From assembly GCA_018826645.1 (NCBI GenBank), contig JAHJZF010000050.1:1-36295 (forward strand): a stretch of DNA of 36,295 bases. Direction: 5' to 3'. Positions 17,291 to 26,264 of the stretch are shown here, one piece after another; within the stretch, counting starts at the first letter, position 1, and the number at the start of each line of letters is the position of its first letter. Source of the stretch: Patescibacteria group bacterium. Its GTDB lineage: Bacteria; Patescibacteriota; Minisyncoccia; UBA6257; Colwellbacteraceae. The notes beneath the pieces are model-generated. The model was not told where the DNA came from, searched no databases, and saw only the letters and a list, made by a program, of their open reading frames with translations. A program made the translations under genes and the position numbers.

Positions 17291-17334
17291 TTGAGAATAG
17301 GTCCCCGACCTTAATCGGGGAGATATTGATCGAG

Positions 17335-17397
17335 CCCCGTTACATACGGGGCAAGCTCCGAAACTATTCGTGGAAAATCTGCGGGTATGTAACGGGG
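17335..17397. mobile_element. 63-bp MITE-like element with variant inverted repeats
   Basis: CCCCGTTACATAC...GTATGTAACGGGG flanked by CGAG direct repeats. Confidence 0.6.
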
Positions 17398-17520
17398 CGA
17401 GGAGTCTTTAAGTCTCGATTATCTGATTTCAACATCAGATTACTAATGACCTATTACCGAGGAGGCCCGCCACTGGCGGGTAAAGCTTGGGGCAACTAAA
17501 AAGTAAAATTACCTATATAA

Positions 17521-17554
17521 AGAAAGGCCCACCATTTGAGTGGGTCTTTCTTTT
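17521..17554 (+). terminator. Terminator of the 16S transcript
   Basis: AGAAAGGCCCAC-catttga-GTGGGTCTTTCT followed by TTT. Confidence 0.8.
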
Positions 17555-17576
17555 GCACTACAATTAGTTAATAGAT

Positions 17577-17981
17577 ATGTCCGAAGAAAAGATAAACACA
17601 GAAGTTAAGCAAAAAACCATTCTATTAGTTGAGGATGACGTTTTTTTGTCGAACCTTCTAATGTCGCGTCTTCAGAAAGCTGGCCTCAAGGTGGTTAAGG
17701 CAATGACGGGAGAGGAGGCAATCTCAATTTTAAAAACAGATAATGAGCCGGACTTAATATTGCTTGATATAATTTTGCCTGAGATGACGGGATTTGAAGT
17801 ATTGAAACAAATTCAGGAAGATCCGACTCTCGGCAAATCACCGGTTATTATTGCATCTAACTTGGGTCAAAGTACCGATATCGAAAGGGGTAAACAATTT
17901 GGAGTTGTGAACTATTTTATTAAAGCCCAGACGCCGATTGATAAATTGGTTGAAGAGGTCAAGAGAGTTGTGGGTAAATAG
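17577..17981 (+). CDS. Single-domain response regulator (receiver)
   Basis: ILLVEDD, PDLILLDIILPEMTG, FIK. Confidence 0.92.
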   Translation: MSEEKINTEVKQKTILLVEDDVFLSNLLMSRLQKAGLKVVKAMTGEEAISILKTDNEPDLILLDIILPEMTGFEVLKQIQEDPTLGKSPVIIASNLGQSTDIERGKQFGVVNYFIKAQTPIDKLVEEVKRVVGK

Positions 17982-18071
17982 AGCTGTTCCACTTATTCAC
18001 CCCCCCCTCATTGCCCGAATTTGCTATAATAAAGGCGTAAAAATAAAAAGTCGTTTTTAAGTTTAAATAAA

Positions 18072-18617
18072 ATGGAACAAACAAAAAAAGGTTTTACTTT
18101 AGTCGAACTTCTAATCGTAATCGGTATTTTGGGGATTTTAGCCGCTGCGGTTGTGGTGGTTCTAAACCCTGCTGAGCTTTTGAAGCAGGCCAGAGACTCT
18201 AAAAGGATGCAGGATTTGGTTAGCATTGATTCTGCTCTCGGTTTGTACCTAGTTTCGACCTCTACTCCTAATGTTGGTGACGGGGCGATTAATATAACGC
18301 AGACTGCAGGAGGGTGCGACGAGGGTGCTACTCCAGGCGTGGTGGCCACTAGAACAACGGATGGCGCCGGATGGGTTAATGTTGATTTAGACGAGCTTAC
18401 GGGAGGCTCTCCTTTATCTGTTTTGCCGATAGATCCTACTAACAGTGGCACTTACGCTTATTGTTACATGGGCAGTAGTACGCCTCTCACTTGGGAGCTA
18501 GCGGCTATTTTAGAGAGCACCAAGTTTGGTACGACTGATAACTTGGACGCAATTGATGGAGGAACAGACGATACGGTCTATGAGATTGGTTCAGACCTCA
18601 GTTTGATAACCAACTAA
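18072..18617 (+). CDS. Type IV pilin, probably the major pilin
   Basis: KKG/FTLVELLIV class III signal; extended -10 TGcTATAAT at 18022-18030. Confidence 0.9.
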   Translation: MEQTKKGFTLVELLIVIGILGILAAAVVVVLNPAELLKQARDSKRMQDLVSIDSALGLYLVSTSTPNVGDGAINITQTAGGCDEGATPGVVATRTTDGAGWVNVDLDELTGGSPLSVLPIDPTNSGTYAYCYMGSSTPLTWELAAILESTKFGTTDNLDAIDGGTDDTVYEIGSDLSLITN

Positions 18618-18624
18618 CATTGGT

Positions 18625-19215
18625 TTGAGCGAAATTCTTGTTAGTTTTATTCCAACCGTCCTTGTTGTGGGGGCGGTTGGTCTTGTGTTGAGAGTAAGAA
18701 AAGGACGAAATAAAGCACGCTCTTTGAAGGGTGCTTTTTATATCTTTGTATTACTTGTTTTCTCGTATAGTAGTTGGCTAAGCTATTTGCAGTACAAAAT
18801 ATGGGCGGGTAACGAACTTGGAAGATATTTTCTTCCTGAATATCAGGTGGGATACTTCTACTTCTATTCATTTACCCTTTTTTTCTTACCCTACTTACTA
18901 TCCTTTATTTTGGGGGCACTTTTCATATATTTACTGACTAAACTTAACAATAGTCGCGACAAGACGTTGTTTGAGGACGAAGAGCCCTATATTGCAGGGC
19001 TCTTTATGTTCTTATCTGGCTATCCGGGAATCTTAATATATTTTGTTTCGATACTTGCCGTATATCTGCTCTGGCACATAGTCGAAATGTTTAGGGGGGC
19101 AAAAGATGTTAGGTTGCCCCTTTACTATTTATGGCCAATCGCCGCCCTTTTAATGATATTGGTTTGGCGCTCCTCCTTCGTAAGGTCTGATATCTGGTTA
19201 CTTCTAAAAATCTAA
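18625..19215 (+). CDS. Multi-pass membrane protein of unknown function
   Basis: About six hydrophobic segments; fills the gap within the pilus locus. Confidence 0.7.
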   Translation: MSEILVSFIPTVLVVGAVGLVLRVRKGRNKARSLKGAFYIFVLLVFSYSSWLSYLQYKIWAGNELGRYFLPEYQVGYFYFYSFTLFFLPYLLSFILGALFIYLLTKLNNSRDKTLFEDEEPYIAGLFMFLSGYPGILIYFVSILAVYLLWHIVEMFRGAKDVRLPLYYLWPIAALLMILVWRSSFVRSDIWLLLKI

Positions 19216-19271
19216 TTGTAAGATTGTGTTAAAATTGAATTATAGGCGATGTAACGGCTATATTTTTGGTA

Positions 19272-20981
19272 ATGATAAATATTCCAGACTCTAAATTAAA
19301 ACAAATACTTATAGCTGATGGCTTAATCAGTGAAGAATCGTTTAATTCTGTTGTAGAAGAGGCGGTGCGTCTTAGCAATACGGTTGCAGAGGTTCTGATA
19401 TCTAGAAATATTATTACTAATGATTACTTTCTTAATCTTGTTTCAAAACATCTTAATGTCCCTTTGGCCAAGTTAGAAGAGGAGAATATTAATACCAATG
19501 TTTTAAATCTTCTGCCTGAAGATATCGCTCGTCAGAAACATTCCGTGCCTTTTGCGCAGAACCAAGATGGCTCTGTATCCGTGGCCATGGAAGATCCAAG
19601 CAACCTTGTCGATATTGAGTTCCTGAACCGGTATTTAAAAACTCGCATTATTCCCTACCTTGCTTCTGCAGACGACCTCAATAAGGGATTCTCATTCTAT
19701 GGAAAAACTACGGTTCACGGTTTTAAGAAAATAATCGAAGACAACATCAAGCTTTCTCTTAAAAGCAGGACTAAGGGCGAAGAAGCAGTTCACGATGTTC
19801 CGATTGTGGCTATTGTAGATAATATCTTGTCTTATGCTATGTCTTTGCAGGCCTCGGATGTACACCTCGAAGTTTTTGATAATTTTATCATTGTTCGCTA
19901 TCGCATAGATGGCGTCTTGCATGAGATTTTGAGAATTCCAAAAGATGTTCATCCGGCCATTATCGCTAGGATAAAATTGTTGGGGGAATTAAAGATTGAT
20001 GAACACTCTAAACCGCAAGATGGTAGGTTTAGATACAAAATAGGTGGAGACGTAGTAGATATCAGGGTTTCAATAATGCCTACTTTCTATGGAGAGAAGG
20101 CGGTCATGAGGCTTTTGAGGTCTACTAATCGACCATTGTCCTTTAGGGAGCTTGGCATGCTTGATGATACGGCTAAAGTTCTTAACGAAAATATTAATAA
20201 AAGTTACGGCATGGTGTTGGTCACAGGACCAACCGGATCTGGTAAAACGACTACCTTGTATTCAGTGCTTAACCTCCTTAATAAGCCAGAGGTGAACATA
20301 GTGACTATTGAAGATCCAATCGAGTACGACATGAACTACATTAATCAAACGCAGATTAATCCTGCTGCGGGGGTGACATTTGCTGTCGGACTACGTTCAT
20401 TTTTAAGGCAAGACCCAAATATCATCATGGTAGGTGAGATTCGTGATCCAGAAACGGCAGAAATTGCTGTTCAATCTGCCCTTACTGGACATTTGGTTTT
20501 GTCGACTCTTCACACCAACGACGCCACTACGGCCGTACCGCGGTTGATAGATATGAAAGTACAGCCGTTTTTAACGTCAGCAGTTTTGAACGCAGTCTTG
20601 GCGCAAAGATTGGTTCGAAAAATTCATACAGATTGTGTCGAGTCGTATGAGCCAGATGAGGCGATGCTTTCTGCGATAAGGGCACAGCTTAAAGAGCTGG
20701 GCTTAAATCCAGATGAGATTGAATTACCCAAACATTTTTATAGGGGTAGGGGGTGTGCAGCCGATGGCCACACTGGTTACCAGGGTAGGATTGGTATTTT
20801 TGAGATACTAAATGTAAGCGACAGGATAAGAGCAAAGATTAGTCAGCCCCAATTTTCTCTAGAAGAGCTTAAAAAATCTGCTCGCGAGGAGGGGATGATT
20901 ACAATGTTTGAAGATGGTTTAAGAAAGGCGCAAATGGGGATGACAACCATAGAAGAAATAATGAGAGTAGTGAAAGAATAG
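19272..20981 (+). CDS. pilB: Type IV pilus assembly ATPase (PilB/GspE)
   Basis: ASDVHLE, RIDGVL, GPTGSGKTTT, TIEDPIE, LRQDP..IMVGEIRD, TGHLVLSTLH. Confidence 0.95.
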   Translation: MINIPDSKLKQILIADGLISEESFNSVVEEAVRLSNTVAEVLISRNIITNDYFLNLVSKHLNVPLAKLEEENINTNVLNLLPEDIARQKHSVPFAQNQDGSVSVAMEDPSNLVDIEFLNRYLKTRIIPYLASADDLNKGFSFYGKTTVHGFKKIIEDNIKLSLKSRTKGEEAVHDVPIVAIVDNILSYAMSLQASDVHLEVFDNFIIVRYRIDGVLHEILRIPKDVHPAIIARIKLLGELKIDEHSKPQDGRFRYKIGGDVVDIRVSIMPTFYGEKAVMRLLRSTNRPLSFRELGMLDDTAKVLNENINKSYGMVLVTGPTGSGKTTTLYSVLNLLNKPEVNIVTIEDPIEYDMNYINQTQINPAAGVTFAVGLRSFLRQDPNIIMVGEIRDPETAEIAVQSALTGHLVLSTLHTNDATTAVPRLIDMKVQPFLTSAVLNAVLAQRLVRKIHTDCVESYEPDEAMLSAIRAQLKELGLNPDEIELPKHFYRGRGCAADGHTGYQGRIGIFEILNVSDRIRAKISQPQFSLEELKKSAREEGMITMFEDGLRKAQMGMTTIEEIMRVVKE

Positions 20982-22190
20982 ATGGCAAAATTTCATTACA
21001 TAGCCTCGAACATTCAAGGGAAGATGATTGAGGGAGATATTACTGCGGGTAGCGCCGCCTCCGTTTTGGGTTGGATGTCTGACCAAGGCTTAAGGCCGGT
21101 TTCTGTTAAAGAAACAGAAGTCGGCTCTTGGATGAAGAAGTCTTTTAAGGAGTCTATCAATATGGAGGACAAGGTTTTTATTACTAAATATCTTGCACTT
21201 ATGTTAAGAGTCGGGACAGACCTTTTTAAGGCCATAGATATTTTAGTAGCCGATTTTGATAAACAAGCAGTCAAATCACTTCTTTTGGAGATTAAAGATA
21301 CTTTGGGTAAGGGTCAGCCCCTTTATACGGCTTTTGCGAATCATCCTAATGAATTTTCTCCAGTTTTCGTAAGCCTTATACGGGCTGGAGAAGAGACTGG
21401 TAATTTGGAAGAAGCTTTTGGTCGTCTTAGTAAAGACATTGAAAAAGAAAAAGCATTAAAATCAAAAGTTAAGGCCGCTTTAATATATCCAGTTATTTTA
21501 GTTGGCCTTTCATTGACGATACTTTTTTTGATGGTTACATTCGCCCTTCCAAAGATTGCAGAGACATTCATTGGAGGCGACGCCGAGATACCCACCTTTT
21601 CTAGAATAGTTTTTTCGACAGGACTCTTTTTTAGGAACTATATACTAGTTATCTTACCTATTTTTGCGACGGCTACTTTTGGTATGTTTTATTTTTTTTC
21701 CAAAACAACTGGTGGCAAAAAGATTGGGGCTAGGATTATTGCTTCGACGCCCGTCATAAAAGGAGTCGTAAAAAAGATGGCCATCCAGAGGTTCGCAGGT
21801 ACATTAGCCTCTCTTTTAAAATCGGGCACACCAATCTTAGACGCCCTAGAGGTTACAGCAGATGCAGTTGGGTCGTCCGAGCTTGAGGCGGTATTAAGAC
21901 GGATTGCTAGGGAAGGAATAAAAAAGGGTTTAACAGTGGGAGAGGCGTTTCGTAAGGAGCCTTATTTCCCGAAAGTGGTTGCTAACTTAATAGGCGTTTC
22001 TGAACAGGCTGGTCATATGGAGGATGTGCTTGAAACACTTGCAGAGTTCTACGAAGGAGAAATAGATTCCTCAATCAAGACTTTGGTATCTTTTCTTGAA
22101 CCGATGTTGCTGTTAGTGATTGGTATAATAGTCGCTATTATCGCCCTGGCAATCATCGTTCCGGTCTATCAATTAGTTGGTCAAATTTAA
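20982..22190 (+). CDS. pilC: Type IV pilus platform protein (PilC/GspF)
   Basis: AGEETGNL, ALIYP, two GspF domains, LEP. Confidence 0.93.
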   Translation: MAKFHYIASNIQGKMIEGDITAGSAASVLGWMSDQGLRPVSVKETEVGSWMKKSFKESINMEDKVFITKYLALMLRVGTDLFKAIDILVADFDKQAVKSLLLEIKDTLGKGQPLYTAFANHPNEFSPVFVSLIRAGEETGNLEEAFGRLSKDIEKEKALKSKVKAALIYPVILVGLSLTILFLMVTFALPKIAETFIGGDAEIPTFSRIVFSTGLFFRNYILVILPIFATATFGMFYFFSKTTGGKKIGARIIASTPVIKGVVKKMAIQRFAGTLASLLKSGTPILDALEVTADAVGSSELEAVLRRIAREGIKKGLTVGEAFRKEPYFPKVVANLIGVSEQAGHMEDVLETLAEFYEGEIDSSIKTLVSFLEPMLLLVIGIIVAIIALAIIVPVYQLVGQI

Positions 22191-22193
22191 AAT

Positions 22194-22667
22194 ATGCGAG
22201 TTTCAAACGAAAAAAAAGGCTTCACATTAACAGAGCTTATAATTGTAATAGGGGTCATGGCTATCATAGGGTCGATAGGTATGCCAAATTATTTTTCGTT
22301 TCGGCAGAAGTCTATTATAGATGGAGAAGCGCAGAAATTAATGGCTTTAATGAGGGACGGCGTTGGTAGGGCAAAATCTCAAGAAGATGGGGTGGTGTGG
22401 GCTATTGAGATAAATAATGCGGACGCAGATTTTTATCAACTTAGAAGCGGTGGCGCAACGGGTACGCCGGTTGGGATTCATTATTTAAATTCAGTGGTTG
22501 AATTTTCGGGTGCAACCCCGAGCGTTGTTAAAACTTTATCTGGAGGTCCTAACGTTCAAATAACAGCTACAAACACTGTGGTTGGTTTAACCAGCCAAAA
22601 CGATAGGTTTACTGATACAATAACAATGGATACGTACGGGAGAGTAACAAGGGAAAGTAATTATTAG
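22194..22667 (+). CDS. Minor pilin (FimT/GspH-like)
   Basis: KKG/FTLTELIIV. Confidence 0.85.
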   Translation: MRVSNEKKGFTLTELIIVIGVMAIIGSIGMPNYFSFRQKSIIDGEAQKLMALMRDGVGRAKSQEDGVVWAIEINNADADFYQLRSGGATGTPVGIHYLNSVVEFSGATPSVVKTLSGGPNVQITATNTVVGLTSQNDRFTDTITMDTYGRVTRESNY

Positions 22668-22669
22668 GT

Positions 22670-23698
22670 ATGAATTCTAAAAATGGGGGACAGTCTCTTT
22701 TTGAAATAATTATAGCTGTCGGGGTGGCGGCCATTATTATCGGTTCTGCGACAATGGCAATGACGGTCTCTTTAAAGTCGAGCAAGAATAGCGCAGAATC
22801 TCAAAAAGCCTATGCCATTACTCAAAGTATTTTAGAAAATATACGCTCTTACGCCGAAGCAAATTGGGCAACTCTTTATGCGACTTCTACTCCTGGCCAA
22901 ACTTATTATTTAGCCGAAGACGTGATTACGGCGACATCTACTACGCTGTCTTTAAATACAGGGACGACAACTATCTTGTTGTTTGAGAATAGTGCTACTA
23001 CGACTTATACTGCTTGGTTTGTAATCGAGAATGTTTATAGAGATTCAAATAATAATCTTTCAACAAGCACTTCAGAACAGAAAGACCCCATTACACTTAA
23101 GGCGACCATTCATGTAAGTTGGCCTATTGGCGGTAGTACGAGAGAAATTGAATTGCCTCAGTATATATCGAGAATTAAGAGCGATACGTATCTATTTACA
23201 GATTGGGGTGGTAGCGCCCTTGGAACTATTACGTCTATAACAAATCCTTTGGGCGACGACTATTATTATGCTTCTTCCGTGATGGCTACGGGGGCGTCAG
23301 GGGGCTCTATTACACTTACCGATACTGAGAGCGAAGGTTATCTAGAATCGCTTACTTTTGATACTGGGAAAACGGATGGATTCGCTATTAATTCTATTAT
23401 GTGGAATGGGACACAAAATAGCGGAGCCGTTAGTTTTCAAATAGCAGTATTTAATGCACTAGATGCTGATATAACATTCCGAGGTCTTGGGGGGAGTACG
23501 ATTTTAAATTATCAGGCAAGCGAGGGCATACCAATTACAATTGATAGCGGAATTACAGCTGATGATAGTAGTAAAAGTCATAATTTTTTTAGACAATACT
23601 ATAGATATTTTAGATATAGAGTTTATATAAGCAGAGCTACCCCCGATGCAGACACAGCACCTGTTCTTGATAGCGTTGTTATTAATTGGTCTTATTAA
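22670..23698 (+). CDS. Large minor pilin-like protein
   Basis: G/QSLFEIIIA prepilin-like N-terminus; beta-rich C-terminal domain. Confidence 0.8.
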   Translation: MNSKNGGQSLFEIIIAVGVAAIIIGSATMAMTVSLKSSKNSAESQKAYAITQSILENIRSYAEANWATLYATSTPGQTYYLAEDVITATSTTLSLNTGTTTILLFENSATTTYTAWFVIENVYRDSNNNLSTSTSEQKDPITLKATIHVSWPIGGSTREIELPQYISRIKSDTYLFTDWGGSALGTITSITNPLGDDYYYASSVMATGASGGSITLTDTESEGYLESLTFDTGKTDGFAINSIMWNGTQNSGAVSFQIAVFNALDADITFRGLGGSTILNYQASEGIPITIDSGITADDSSKSHNFFRQYYRYFRYRVYISRATPDADTAPVLDSVVINWSY

Positions 23699-23699
23699 A

Positions 23700-24185
23700 A
23701 TGGCATTTTGGATGAATCGAAAAGATTTTAATACAGGAGTTTCGGCCCTGCCCGTCGTCCTCATAATGTCCAGCATTATTTTGGAAGTTCTAGTTGCTGG
23801 TTTAGTTATTAGCGGTCTGTTAAGTAGTAACATGGCTAATGAGCAGGCTTCTTTGAAAGCGCTTGAGATTGCTAAAAGCGGTGCACATAACGCGATTACA
23901 CGTGTTATTCGTTATGTAGACTGTCCCCAATCAGTATATTGTCCCGCTACGTCTACGTTAGTTATTGGAGATGGAGAGGCGTGCATCAACATAGAGCAGA
24001 CAGTAAATAACAGAGAGGTTACAATCTATTCAAGGGGTACGGTTCAAAGAAGAGAGAAATATATTAAAATCGTACTAGGCATCTTCCCAGCTCGTGGAAC
24101 TGTTGATGTTCAAATACTTAAAGAGGTAGAGAGTCCAACTAATGACAACGACGAGACTACAAGTTTCACAGAGTGTTCGTCATAG
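23700..24185 (+). CDS. PilX-like minor pilin
   Basis: G/VSALPVVL without Glu5, A...A.SG...A motif; start is ATG 23700 or 23712. Confidence 0.7.
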   Translation: MAFWMNRKDFNTGVSALPVVLIMSSIILEVLVAGLVISGLLSSNMANEQASLKALEIAKSGAHNAITRVIRYVDCPQSVYCPATSTLVIGDGEACINIEQTVNNREVTIYSRGTVQRREKYIKIVLGIFPARGTVDVQILKEVESPTNDNDETTSFTECSS

Positions 24186-24196
24186 GCATAAGATAA

Positions 24197-25693
24197 ATGA
24201 AAAAAAATATATCTAAAATCTTTTTTAAACTAACTCCGAAGATGGAGGTCGCAGGTCTTTGGATTACTGATGGTTGGCTGAGTTACTACAATTTTGGTCG
24301 TGGCGGAGAGGGTGGCCAAATTTCTTTAAGGTTACCACCGGGCGTTGTGAGTGGAGGGAAGGTTCAGAATCGGGCATCTCTGACGAAAATTTTGGCGGAA
24401 TTATACAAAAGAACAGCAATCGGTCCTTCCAAACATGAGCAAAGTGTTATTTTAACAATCCCGATAACGAATGTTTATATACAACCTTTTGTTTTGCCAG
24501 TTGTTACTTCTGACGATTTAGCAGAATCAGCCGAGTTGAACATGAAGATGATATCGCCCATCGATGTCGAGAAGGCCTATTATGATTGGCAAAAAATATC
24601 TGAAGAAAATGCAGACCAAACAGAAATGATCGGGGCTTTTGTAGCTAAAGATGTCGTGGATGAATTTATTGTATGTGTTCAAGACGCTGGCTATAGCGTG
24701 GCAGCGGTTGAGTTCAGCGCATTGAGTATAATCCGAGCTGCGCTAAGAGCTAACGTTATAGATAAAGAAAATCCATATTTGATATTAAGCATTACTCCAG
24801 AAGGTCTTAACTTTTCTATAAATCATCAAGGACACCTCTTCTTCCATCATTTTATGGCTTGGAACACTTTCCAGGATGGGGCCAAAGAGATATCGACTGA
24901 AAAGTTTAAGGAAGGGCTTACAGACGAGATTAGAAGAATAATCAATTTCTACTCTACTAATCGTAAGGGCCAAGAAGTAAAGAATATGGTTCTGATATCC
25001 TCGCACTATCTTAAAGAAATACAAGAAGTTGTTGCTGGTAATTTTCCTGGATTAGAGGTAAGAGTTGCCGACCCAAAACAAGTAAATCCTGCGATCGGGG
25101 CTGCCGTTAGAGGGCTTTCACCTCGTTCTGCAGACGCCGAGATTAGTTTGGCTAGTTTGAGTGCTCTTGAGGTTTTTCGAAAACGTCAGTTAGGTAACTT
25201 TATTCTTATATGGCGAAATATTTTGTTAGTAACATTAGGGGCTCTGCTCTTTATTTTCCTTTCGTCGGCATTGGTGCTTAAAAATATTTCGACTCAAGTG
25301 GTGGCCAACGATCCTTTTCAAAAAGGAGTTAAAGAGAATACAGAGCTTGTTTCTCTTAGTGAGCAGGCTCAAAAATTCAACGAGCTAACGTCGATTATTA
25401 AAATCCTGCTTGCCGAAAAATATGAATTTGGAACGTTGATAAGCGACTTGGATAAATCGTCGGGACTGTTTATAGAAATCGTCGGAATTAATCTGAACGG
25501 CATTCCGCCCAAAGTGAAAATAGAAGGAGTGGGTGGTAACAGAGATGTGGTTAAGAGTTTCCAGGGCCGACTATCAGAACAACCTCAATTTAAAAATGTT
25601 AGCCTACCCCTAACTGATTTACAGGAACAACCCAACGGAACAGTCGTCTTCGTTTTGGGCCTAGACGTTGAGAGGGTCGATTCTGGAGAATAA
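24197..25693 (+). CDS. PilM-like domain fused to a TM and PilN-like domain
   Basis: LPPGVV..G, YYDWQ, AVE, EIRR.INFY, then TM and a ferredoxin-like C-terminus. Confidence 0.7.
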   Translation: MKKNISKIFFKLTPKMEVAGLWITDGWLSYYNFGRGGEGGQISLRLPPGVVSGGKVQNRASLTKILAELYKRTAIGPSKHEQSVILTIPITNVYIQPFVLPVVTSDDLAESAELNMKMISPIDVEKAYYDWQKISEENADQTEMIGAFVAKDVVDEFIVCVQDAGYSVAAVEFSALSIIRAALRANVIDKENPYLILSITPEGLNFSINHQGHLFFHHFMAWNTFQDGAKEISTEKFKEGLTDEIRRIINFYSTNRKGQEVKNMVLISSHYLKEIQEVVAGNFPGLEVRVADPKQVNPAIGAAVRGLSPRSADAEISLASLSALEVFRKRQLGNFILIWRNILLVTLGALLFIFLSSALVLKNISTQVVANDPFQKGVKENTELVSLSEQAQKFNELTSIIKILLAEKYEFGTLISDLDKSSGLFIEIVGINLNGIPPKVKIEGVGGNRDVVKSFQGRLSEQPQFKNVSLPLTDLQEQPNGTVVFVLGLDVERVDSGE

Positions 25694-26227
25694 TTCATTC
25701 AAGACTAATAGGTCTTCTTTGTTAATTTTTTTCAATACGAAATCTCCTGCTTTGCCTGGTCTCTTTCGAATTCCTATGCGTACGCGTGTGAAATTATTTG
25801 TCTTGAGGTGGCGGGCAATAGACTCCACGCCTTTGTGTCCTGCTGGCCCTCGATTAAAAGAAGTCTTATATTCTCCCAATTGAAGGTCGCTGTCGTCATG
25901 AATGATGACTGTTTCTTCTGGGAGCAGATTAAAGTGTTTTAAGATTTTAGAGACTGCGTTGCCAGAATTGTTCATAAAGCCCAAGGGTTTTACTATCATC
26001 AGGGAATTTAGCTTAAAGAAGTTAAATTCTTCTTTATATTTTTCAAATTGTTGATTGTTTCTATTAGCTAAGTAATCCGCATAGGCAAATCCAACATTAT
26101 GGTAAGTGTTCTTATATTTCTCACCCGTATTTCCAAGGGCTATCAGAACCTTTGTGGTAGCGGAAGTCGTTTTTGAGAGTCTTGCTTCTTGCGGTTTTAT
26201 TTTAAATAGAAAGGGTATCTTGAACAT
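25661..26227 (-). CDS. pth: Peptidyl-tRNA hydrolase
   Basis: LGN.G..Y..T.HNVGF, KP..FMN.SG, HDD.DL, GHKG..SI, RVRIGI; start uncertain. Confidence 0.93.
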   Translation of the reverse strand: MFKIPFLFKIKPQEARLSKTTSATTKVLIALGNTGEKYKNTYHNVGFAYADYLANRNNQQFEKYKEEFNFFKLNSLMIVKPLGFMNNSGNAVSKILKHFNLLPEETVIIHDDSDLQLGEYKTSFNRGPAGHKGVESIARHLKTNNFTRVRIGIRKRPGKAGDFVLKKINKEDLLVLNELFSRIDPLNV

Positions 26228-26264
26228 ACGTCTCAATTTTATTAAAATGCCTGCGATGAAGCAA
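26220..26264. promoter_or_regulatory. Overlapping divergent promoters for pth and lepB
   Basis: Plus strand TTGAAC-17-TAAAAT; minus strand TTGCTT-17-TAAAAT. Confidence 0.6.

Noticed and set aside
16038..17499. ORFs overlapping the 16S gene and trailer
   Set aside because: They lie in rRNA or its structured trailer and show no homing endonuclease motifs
17290..17520. tRNA in the 16S trailer
   Set aside because: No cloverleaf or T-loop GTTCRA signature found
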